Shown here: positions 10,057 through 17,256 of the stretch, one piece after another
Numbering within the stretch: the first letter of the stretch is position 1
Layout: each line of letters begins with the position of its first letter
Virus record (IMG/VR): IMGVR_UViG_3300044295_000294
Coordinates: 1-33,222 of that record
DNA length: 33,222 nucleotides
Direction: 5' to 3' (one strand)
From: a virus
Lineage: Duplodnaviria; Caudoviricetes
Notes under the pieces: model-generated
Told to the model about the DNA's origin: nothing
The model's database searches: none
Seen by the model: the letters and a program-made list of their open reading frames with translations, nothing else
Position numbers and translations under genes: made by a program

Positions 10057-10962
10057 ATGCCAGCATTAGCCAACGTAGCATTAACAGATACTTTTGATAC
10101 ATGGAGAATACGCACCAATCAACTTATTATCAAAACAAATGATGATGAGTTGGCTACTATTGCAGCATATGATAAAGCTAACTCTGCTAATGTTTTAGCA
10201 TATAATACCGGTATCGGCGCAAATACATTCTTACTTGCAACACTAAATGGAGCCAATACTTTACTATTAAACACTATTGCAGGTGCTAATGCTGCTGTTG
10301 GAACGGGTGCTAATACATATTTACTAGCAACAATGGCAGGCGCTAATGCTGCTGTCGGCATCGGTGCAAATTCTTTTACAATAACAACACTAAATGGAGC
10401 CAATACTTTACTATTAAACACTATTGCTGGTGCTAATGCTGCTGTTGGGACAGGTGCTAATACATATTTACTAGCAACAATTGCAGGCGCTAATGCTGCT
10501 GTTGGAACAGCAGCAAACAATATTAGTATAGCAGCATTTGCAAAAGCCAATGCTGCTCTTGCTAACTCAACAACAACTTATGTTGGTAATTTAACTGTTG
10601 GCGATGCAAGTTCTACTATGAATGTTGTTGGAAGAGTTTCAATTGCTTCTGCAAACGTATTGTCACAAACATTGACAGATGATACAACTATTAACTGGGA
10701 TACATCGCTAGGACAAGTAGCATATGTTACTATTGCTAACAATAGAACAATTGCAGCACCAACTAATCTTAGAGTAGGTACACTAATTCTTCATGTTATA
10801 CAAGACGGAACTGGAGGCAGAACATTAACATGGAATTCTGTTTTCAAGTGGCCAGCAGGTGTGGCTCCTGTTTTAACAACAACTGCTAATAGACGTGATT
10901 TATTTTCTTTCGTTTGCGATGGTACTAATCTTTATGGATCATTCTTGCCGGATGTAAGATAA
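10057..10962 (+). CDS. Tail fibre protein with fibre-attachment N-terminus (TDTFDTWR.RTN), GAN repeats and a C-terminal domain shared with the upstream gene
   Basis: The DTFD.WR..TN motif is typical of T4-like fibre/whisker N-termini; internal 49-aa duplication; directly followed by a gp38-like adhesin gene. Confidence 0.75.
   Translation: MPALANVALTDTFDTWRIRTNQLIIKTNDDELATIAAYDKANSANVLAYNTGIGANTFLLATLNGANTLLLNTIAGANAAVGTGANTYLLATMAGANAAVGIGANSFTITTLNGANTLLLNTIAGANAAVGTGANTYLLATIAGANAAVGTAANNISIAAFAKANAALANSTTTYVGNLTVGDASSTMNVVGRVSIASANVLSQTLTDDTTINWDTSLGQVAYVTIANNRTIAAPTNLRVGTLILHVIQDGTGGRTLTWNSVFKWPAGVAPVLTTTANRRDLFSFVCDGTNLYGSFLPDVR
10213..10506 (+). repeat. 147-bp tandem duplication (2 x 49 aa)
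   Basis: ACACTAAATGGAGCCAATACTTTACTATTAAACACTATTGC occurs identically at 10240 and 10387; similarity at offset 147 extends over about 10213-10506. Confidence 0.85.
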
Positions 10963-10963
10963 T

Positions 10964-11848
10964 ATGTTTATAACACCAATACTTAGACCAACACGAATAG
11001 TTACAATTTCTGCTACGACAAACAACGTCAATCTGTATACAACTGCAGGATCACCCACGTTTCCGTTGAATTTGCTTTGTTTTATCAATGCAAACGTTGG
11101 GTCTTCTTCTAATGCTACACCAGCATTTAGAACAGGAACGGGTTGGATTGGCGGGTCTTTGTTGTATATTGATAATAATGCAGTTATTACTGGCGGTTCT
11201 GGAAGCCCAGGCACAACAGGTTCTGCAGGAACACAGGGGGCTGGTGGTGGAGGAGGTTCCGGAGGAAGTGTGCCCGGTTCTTCGGGTTCTCCAGGCGGAC
11301 CAGGAGGGGTTGGTGGTACTGGCACCAATGGAGGAATAGCAGTACAATCTGATACGGTGACAGGATTAATTACTCTAATAGATAATTTAACTTCGTCTAT
11401 TATCGGGGGTCCTGGTGGCTCTGGTGGTCCAGGAGGTCCAGGAGGTCCAGGAGGAGGTGGTGGTGGAGGTGGTGGTGGCAATATCCCTGCCACGAAATCT
11501 TCACCCAGTGCTGCTGGTGGTGGTGGAGGTGGTGGTCGTGGTACTCCCGGAGGACCAGGAGGTCCTCCAAACGGCAGTCCAGGAACAACATCTACTGTTG
11601 GTAGTGGTGGCGTTGGTGGGTCTACCGGAGGTAAGTTTCCCCAAACTGCTGGATCTGGGGGAAATGGTGGACAACTTAACACGGCTGGTAGCGGCGGTGG
11701 TCCAGCTGGGGGTAATCCTGGCGGGAGTGGTGGTGCTGGTGGAAGCATCGGACCATCCGGCAACACCGGACCTTCTGGGTCTAGAGGAACCGCTGTATCA
11801 GGAAATACCAACATTAGATGGATTAATACAGGAACAATTACAGGGTAA
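10964..11848 (+). CDS. Glycine-rich receptor-binding adhesin, T2/S16 gp38-like (polyglycine-II sandwich)
   Basis: Layout: N-terminal beta region (INANVGSSS...PA), I.G.GG.GG glycine-rich motifs separated by short loops, and a C-terminal W.N.G.I.G, as in T-even gp38 adhesins. Lies directly after a fibre gene. Confidence 0.65.
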   Translation: MFITPILRPTRIVTISATTNNVNLYTTAGSPTFPLNLLCFINANVGSSSNATPAFRTGTGWIGGSLLYIDNNAVITGGSGSPGTTGSAGTQGAGGGGGSGGSVPGSSGSPGGPGGVGGTGTNGGIAVQSDTVTGLITLIDNLTSSIIGGPGGSGGPGGPGGPGGGGGGGGGGNIPATKSSPSAAGGGGGGGRGTPGGPGGPPNGSPGTTSTVGSGGVGGSTGGKFPQTAGSGGNGGQLNTAGSGGGPAGGNPGGSGGAGGSIGPSGNTGPSGSRGTAVSGNTNIRWINTGTITG

Positions 11849-11853
11849 TAGAA

Positions 11854-12249
11854 ATGATAATAAAATATAAAATCGTAGAACTATATGAAGATAATAGAAC
11901 CATGGTTGTTAGATATTATACAGAATTATTGTCTGAACAAGAACTAGTGTCTGTTCCTAATCCTAATGACGAAACTAAACCTTTTAGATGTAAAACCGAT
12001 GTATCAATAAGCATACCAATTCCTGAACCTTCAGAGAAAGAATTGGTCAAATTAATTCTTTCTAACGCCCCAATTAAAGCATTAGAAACATTTGAAAAAT
12101 TAAAACTAGAGCCTGAAATAAAAGCTTTGCCTACAGTTGTAGGGTTATTAAATATAGAACAATCCAAAACTAAAGAAGAAATGATTGAATTGTTGCAACC
12201 CGTTATTACTGAAGAAAAAATTAAAGAAATAGTGGACCAAATTAAATGA
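11854..12249 (+). CDS. Hypothetical protein (possible fibre/adhesin assembly factor)
   Basis: 131-aa ORF 5 nt after the adhesin; function inferred from position only. Confidence 0.6.
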   Translation: MIIKYKIVELYEDNRTMVVRYYTELLSEQELVSVPNPNDETKPFRCKTDVSISIPIPEPSEKELVKLILSNAPIKALETFEKLKLEPEIKALPTVVGLLNIEQSKTKEEMIELLQPVITEEKIKEIVDQIK

Positions 12250-13199
12250 TTTCCAGAATAGATATTACACAAGTAACATCTCAAGAATTAAATGAATTGT
12301 TTGATTATAATATTGATTGGACCGTAGAACCTTTAGAAACTTTTAAAGATTTATGTAAAGAATATGCTCAATATATACGAGATAATTACGACTATGTAAT
12401 TTTATATTATAGTGGAGGAAGCGATTCAACAACTATTCTTAATACGTTTTTAGATAACAATATTAAAATAGACGAAATTGTTACTACGACGTTTAATAAT
12501 GTAAATATCCCATGTTTTGACGGTTTATATGCTAAGAATCATTTAAAAACAAAAGGTTACACAGGAAAATTTACTAATCCAGTTATTTCATTATCACAAA
12601 TAATTAAATTTATGAGTTCAGATAAAAAATTAATAGATGCAGCAAATTACACAGGAACTATTAATAGTATAACAAGATTATCTGTAGATAAATTAGAAGA
12701 ATATGAATTCACGCCAGTAAAAATAAGAAAAGGTAAAATTGCACATGTATATGGATATGAAGTTCCACTCGTAGTAAAAATAGACGGAAGTTATTATGTT
12801 CAACATACGTTAAACAGAGAGTTGTTGTTTAGACAACCCGGTATTGACGTAATAAGATTTTTTGCTTCTAAAGAATTTCCAAAATTATATAGCAAACAAG
12901 CTCATATGATGGCCAAAGCTATGAAAGCATTAAACATTAATTATCTGCCGTTAAAAATAGTACTCAAATTGATACGAGACGAATACAATCCTATAATGTC
13001 CCCCCCAAAATCAGGAGCAATGAATTATATTAATTACCCAAATAGAAATTCTGAGGCCATGATGTTGTATAAAGAATATACAAAAGATCCAGCATTTAAA
13101 GATTTATATCTGAATGCGGTTCTTTATCAACAGTATAAAATTGAAGCTAAACTGAATACTTTGACTGTCACAGCTAATAAATTAGATTTGTTATTTTAA
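12246..13199 (+). CDS. PP-loop / adenine nucleotide alpha-hydrolase superfamily protein, paralog 2
   Basis: YVILYYSGGSDS; shares W.VEP...L....AQ.IRD.Y.YVIL..SGG.DS......F..N.I.IDEIV and a later KQA.MMA-like motif with 3948..4970; ATGA overlap with the upstream gene. Confidence 0.7.
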   Translation: MISRIDITQVTSQELNELFDYNIDWTVEPLETFKDLCKEYAQYIRDNYDYVILYYSGGSDSTTILNTFLDNNIKIDEIVTTTFNNVNIPCFDGLYAKNHLKTKGYTGKFTNPVISLSQIIKFMSSDKKLIDAANYTGTINSITRLSVDKLEEYEFTPVKIRKGKIAHVYGYEVPLVVKIDGSYYVQHTLNRELLFRQPGIDVIRFFASKEFPKLYSKQAHMMAKAMKALNINYLPLKIVLKLIRDEYNPIMSPPKSGAMNYINYPNRNSEAMMLYKEYTKDPAFKDLYLNAVLYQQYKIEAKLNTLTVTANKLDLLF

Positions 13200-14123
13200 C
13201 AACTTTAACACATTAGCATTCAGTTTTATCATATTTTGGATATATCTCTCCGTGTCAATATAATTGATGGGCGAAACTTCAATGTTCTGTGCGGCCAATT
13301 CTCTAATATATAAAGGATCATTAGCTGCTTCAAAAAAAGCTTTTGATAATCTAATCTTATTTGGAATATCAGGAGGAGCATAAAAAGGCCGCAACAAAAT
13401 ATATTGTTCTTCAAACGCTTTAATTGTTTCGTAATTTTTTGGTGATATATCTGATAGTGTAATTAATTCAGGAAATCTACTGTTTCTCACACTCCCGTTA
13501 CCAAATTGCATAATAATTTTTATATTTGGATCTGAAAACCAAAGCGGTCTTGATATTTGTATGCCCGTATAATTATTAAAAAATGCGTCAATCTCTTTTC
13601 TTTCAAAAGCCAATCTTACTTCGTTTGAACTTTTATATCCGGTAATTTTTTTTAAATTCAAAGATGTAATGTTGTTAATAAATGTAATAGGATTAGCAAC
13701 TGGTATAGGCGTTGTGCCCACAATTAATCCTGGTTGTAATTCTTTGTGTGATAATAATAATACTACATCTTTTCTGCCATCTTGAGTTGACCCTAACCAA
13801 GTCATTTTAGAAGAATCATAATTTATGTTTGAGTCTTTTAATGTTCCTAAAAAAGGAATATGTTTATATGTAATTCCTATAGTATTTCCATCACGAGGAG
13901 CCATATTAAACATATAATTGGCTGCAACCACCCCTGCTGCTCCAGGTACGTGTTTAAATTCCACAGATGTATATTCTGGTAACTGTTTTAACAAATATTT
14001 TGAAAAGATACGAGCATTAGTAAAAGGAGCATCATCTATTGCTGGTGTAATAATTGTTAAGGTATTAGCCTTTGCTGTTAAAACAGAAAATAATAACAAT
14101 ACAATCGAAAGAATAATTTTCAT
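13191..14123 (-). CDS. tctC: TctC/Bug-family (tripartite tricarboxylate transporter) periplasmic substrate-binding protein
   Basis: Signal peptide MKIILSIVLLLFSVLTAKA; family motifs VPGAAGVVAANYMFNMAPRDG, WLGS, ITGYKSS.E..LAFER.EIDA and RPFYAPPDIP. Start moved to ATG14123 because GAGGA precedes it. Confidence 0.8.
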   Translation of the reverse strand: MKIILSIVLLLFSVLTAKANTLTIITPAIDDAPFTNARIFSKYLLKQLPEYTSVEFKHVPGAAGVVAANYMFNMAPRDGNTIGITYKHIPFLGTLKDSNINYDSSKMTWLGSTQDGRKDVVLLLSHKELQPGLIVGTTPIPVANPITFINNITSLNLKKITGYKSSNEVRLAFERKEIDAFFNNYTGIQISRPLWFSDPNIKIIMQFGNGSVRNSRFPELITLSDISPKNYETIKAFEEQYILLRPFYAPPDIPNKIRLSKAFFEAANDPLYIRELAAQNIEVSPINYIDTERYIQNMIKLNANVLKLLK

Positions 14124-14130
14124 AATATCC

Positions 14131-14745
14131 TCATGCAAACTTCGGTCCCAAACACCAAACTACCAACGATCTTCTTCTGCCTTTTGTTACAGGTGTTACT
14201 CTATGACACATAAATGATGGAAACAATAATGCCCTACCTTTTTTAGCAGGTAGCACAGTAGGTGTTAATTGATTGCCTGTATTCAAATGAAACTCTCCAC
14301 CTTCAAAATCATCATTAAGCAACATTGTCAAAGACAACTTTCTGGGTTCAAATTCTTCTGTTGAACTGCCCATATTCATGTCCATGTGCCAATCATAGTT
14401 TCCTTTTTGTTCAGCATCATATGTTGTGTATTGAAAAGAAGAATATCCATTCAACACAAAACCATAGAACATCTCATTAGCACTCTGCAGAACAAAATTG
14501 ACTTTATCAAATATCCATGATGTTTCTGGTGATCTAGTGTGAAAACCAATTTTGGATATTCGTACTTTTTCTATTTCTTCCTGTGTTTTACCACCATAAG
14601 TAACACCAGACTTTAATTCTTGCGATTCACAATACTCAACAATTTTATTCAATTCTTCATCTGTAAAAGCACCATCCCAATAGCACCAGGGTTCTGTCAC
14701 TGTTGATCTTCTCACAGGATCATTATAAATCGTTGTGTATCTCAT
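14131..14745 (-). CDS. 2OG-Fe(II) oxygenase (PKHD/prolyl-4-hydroxylase-like)
   Basis: YDWHMD (HxD), RKLSLTMLL, FEGGEF, FPSF..HRVTPVTKG.R.SLV.W. Start moved to ATG14745 (GGAG upstream). Confidence 0.88.
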   Translation of the reverse strand: MRYTTIYNDPVRRSTVTEPWCYWDGAFTDEELNKIVEYCESQELKSGVTYGGKTQEEIEKVRISKIGFHTRSPETSWIFDKVNFVLQSANEMFYGFVLNGYSSFQYTTYDAEQKGNYDWHMDMNMGSSTEEFEPRKLSLTMLLNDDFEGGEFHLNTGNQLTPTVLPAKKGRALLFPSFMCHRVTPVTKGRRRSLVVWCLGPKFA

Positions 14746-14773
14746 TACATTCTCCATTATCAAATATAGATTA

Positions 14774-14781
14774 TATAAATA
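14774..14781 (+). promoter_or_regulatory. T4-type late promoter TATAAATA for the gp13 operon
   Basis: Exact consensus 29 nt upstream of ATG14811. Confidence 0.8.
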
Positions 14782-14810
14782 TATATACAACAAATTTTAA
14801 GGTAACATTA

Positions 14811-15554
14811 ATGGCTATACCAACAACAAGAGATCAACATAAAGATTGGTGCCTGAGACAACTCGGATTTCCTGTTCTTGATATCAATGTGGATGATGAT
14901 CAGGTTGACGATGCTGTTGATCAGGCAATTCAATACTTTCAAGATTTTCATTTTGATGCAGTTGAACGCTGGTATCTTAAACATCAACTAACAGAAACAG
15001 ATAAAGCAAACAAGTATATTCCAATTACTGATAACATTATTGGTGTTACACGTATCTTTCCTGTCGGTTCAACTAATGCATCCGTGAATATGTTTGATCT
15101 AAGATATCAACTTAGATTACATGAACTTTATGACTTCACATCTACATCTTATGTTAATTATGTACTTACACAGCAACATATCCGCACACTTGATCTTCTG
15201 TTTTCTGGTGAAGTACCTATTAGATTCAATAGACATTCAAATAAACTTTATGTTGATTGGGACTGGAACTATGACTTAGATGTTGGTGAATGGCTTATTA
15301 TTGAGGGATATATTATTCTTGATCCAGCCAATTATACTAAAGTGTGGAATGATAGATTACTCAAAAGACTTTCTACAGCATATATTAAGAAGCAGTGGGG
15401 AACCAACATGAAGAAGTTTCAAGGTATGCAACTTCCTGGTGGTATCATGATGAACGGTCAACAGATTTATAACGAAGCAGTACAGGAAATTCAAGAAATA
15501 GAACAATTAATTCGTAGTGCTCACGAAGAACCTCCGCAATTTATATTAGGGTAG
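14811..15554 (+). CDS. gp13: Neck protein gp13 (head completion)
   Basis: CLRQLG.PV.DINVDDDQVDD, IKKQWG.N.KKF.G.QLPGG..MNG..IY.EA; start at MAIPTTR with AAGG SD, not the TTG at 14703. Confidence 0.92.
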   Translation: MAIPTTRDQHKDWCLRQLGFPVLDINVDDDQVDDAVDQAIQYFQDFHFDAVERWYLKHQLTETDKANKYIPITDNIIGVTRIFPVGSTNASVNMFDLRYQLRLHELYDFTSTSYVNYVLTQQHIRTLDLLFSGEVPIRFNRHSNKLYVDWDWNYDLDVGEWLIIEGYIILDPANYTKVWNDRLLKRLSTAYIKKQWGTNMKKFQGMQLPGGIMMNGQQIYNEAVQEIQEIEQLIRSAHEEPPQFILG

Positions 15555-15566
15555 AAGCGTAAAATG

Positions 15567-15621
15567 TTGTCTATATAATTACATAGATAACAAAAAAGGA
15601 CTATCTTATGATTGTAGACAA
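15567..15621 (+). promoter_or_regulatory. Predicted translational-repression hairpin over the SD/ATG of the endonuclease gene, with a late-promoter-like CTATATA in its 5' arm
   Basis: TTGTCTA (15567-73) pairs with TAGACAA (15615-21); the inner CATAGATA pairs with TATCTTATG (contains ATG15608); SD AAAGGA lies in the loop. Confidence 0.5.
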
Positions 15622-16390
15622 AACGGGTTTTATTTATCTTTGGTTTGATACTAAAAGAAAAATGTACTATATTGGATGCCATATCGGTAAAGAAGATGAT
15701 GGTTATATTTGTTCATCAAAATGGATGAGAGACGCCTATCGTTACAGAAAGCATGATTTTAAACGTCGTATCTTAAAACGTAATATATTATTAGATGATT
15801 TACTTAATGAAGAATACAAATGGTTGTCTCTTATTTCTGATGATGAACTTGGAAAAAAATATTATAATCTAAATAAACACCATTTTGGTCATTGGTGTAT
15901 AGATTCAACATCAAGAAAAACAGTAAAACAAAAACTATCAGAAGCATCAAAAAAACTTCATCAAACACCAGAATACAGAGAAAAGTATATTGAGGGTAGA
16001 AAGAAAATGCCCCCTCAAACACAAGAGCAAATTGACAAAAGAGCAATAGCCAATACAGGTAAAAAGAGAACAGAAGAAACCAAAAGAAAGATATCTGAAT
16101 CTAACAAAGGTAAAGTTCTTGGACCTTTGTCTGATGAACACAGAAGAAAAGTTAGTGAATCATTAAAGGGTGAAAAGAATCCTTTCTTTGGCAAACAACA
16201 TGATCCTGAATTGAAAAAAAAGATGAATGCCAAAACAAGTGCAACAATGAAAGGTCGTCCACCAAATAATGCTAAGATGATTAAAGGAACTTTTTGGTGG
16301 AACAATGGAACAATAAATAAACGCAGTAAAGACTGTCCTGGAAATGGTTGGAACAGAGGTACGGTCAAGAAAAGGAATCTAGTGCCATAG
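15608..16390 (+). mobile_element. Free-standing GIY-YIG (Seg-like) homing endonuclease with NUMOD3 repeats, between gp13 and gp14
   Basis: GFIYLW...YYIGCH.G..DDGY..SS nuclease domain; NUMOD3 motifs GKKRTEETKRKISES and GEKNPFFGK.H; C-terminal WWNNG...CPG.GW.RG. No flanking intron core visible. Confidence 0.88.
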
Positions 16391-17256
16391 CAACATCTCA
16401 TTATTTCCGCAATACAAATCTGAATAAAGTCAATGAACAACGTCTATACGAAGACTTGTTGGCTGAATCTATTAGTATAATGGGACACGACATATATTAT
16501 CTTCCCAGAGAATCGTGGTCAGATACAGATGAAATTTTTGGTGAAAACTTATCATCAAGATTTGATCGTGCATATCAAATGGAAATGTATATTGCTAACG
16601 TTGATGGTTATGAAGGTGAAAATGAACTGTTTACTAAGTTTGGTCTTGAAATTCGTGAAGGGTCAAACTTCATTGTTGCAAAGAAGACTTTTGATAAGTA
16701 CATTCCCACAAACATAACTATTCGTCCAAGAGAAGGGGATCTACTTTTTGTTCCTGTTATGAATCGCATATTTGAAATCAAATTCGTTGAAGAAGAACTT
16801 TTATTCTTTGGTAAAGGACTCAGAACACCATATATATATGAACTAAGATGTGAACTCTTTAGATACAATAATGAGAAGATTAACACAGGTGTTGAAGTGA
16901 TTGATGATATTGATGTTAATGCTTCTTATACAGTAGAACTACAAGTTACAGGTACAGGTAATTATAATATTGGTGAGACAGTATATCAAGGTGCTAATCT
17001 GAATGCTGCAACAGTAACAGCTAAAGTTAGTAATTGGGACCCAAATGTCAGAAAGATTTATCTCGTGGATATAAATGGTACATTTGCTAACGGATCAAAT
17101 ATTATAGGAGTTTCTACCAACACAAGAGGAAGTGTTTACTCAACAGACACACTAGGTGATCATGTTTATTATGACTTCTTCAATAATAAACAAATTCAGA
17201 CTGAAGCAGATGATATAATTGACTTCTCTGAAATAAATCCTTTTGGGAAACCGTAA
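16387..17256 (+). CDS. gp14: Neck protein gp14 (head closure); start codon apparently ATA (alternative TTG at 16348)
   Basis: EQRLYEDL..ESI...G.D.YYLPRE, FTKFGLEI, RPREGDL.F.P, YELRCELF.Y, DFSE.NPFG. The expected N-terminus (M)ATSHYF is encoded from ATA16387. Confidence 0.88.
   Translation: MATSHYFRNTNLNKVNEQRLYEDLLAESISIMGHDIYYLPRESWSDTDEIFGENLSSRFDRAYQMEMYIANVDGYEGENELFTKFGLEIREGSNFIVAKKTFDKYIPTNITIRPREGDLLFVPVMNRIFEIKFVEEELLFFGKGLRTPYIYELRCELFRYNNEKINTGVEVIDDIDVNASYTVELQVTGTGNYNIGETVYQGANLNAATVTAKVSNWDPNVRKIYLVDINGTFANGSNIIGVSTNTRGSVYSTDTLGDHVYYDFFNNKQIQTEADDIIDFSEINPFGKP

Noticed and set aside
9700-10962. Diversity-generating retroelement TR/VR pair (paralogous 3' ends, Mtd-N-like fibres nearby)
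   Set aside because: Differences are not adenine-specific and are largely synonymous, both copies are coding, and there is no reverse transcriptase in the window.
10939-11870. Pro-rich 291-aa minus-strand ORF and other alternative-frame ORFs over the adhesin
   Set aside because: Shadows of GGN-rich glycine codons; no SD or independent motifs.
14703-14810. Extended N-termini of gp13 (TTG14703) and of the oxygenase (14793)
   Set aside because: They would overlap each other and the promoter region; SD-supported ATGs exist at 14811 and 14745.
15555-16390. Group I intron around the endonuclease that could restore an ATG for gp14
   Set aside because: Only 53 nt of non-coding flank and no recognisable P7/catalytic core; the gp18-gp19 endonuclease is likewise free-standing between intact genes.
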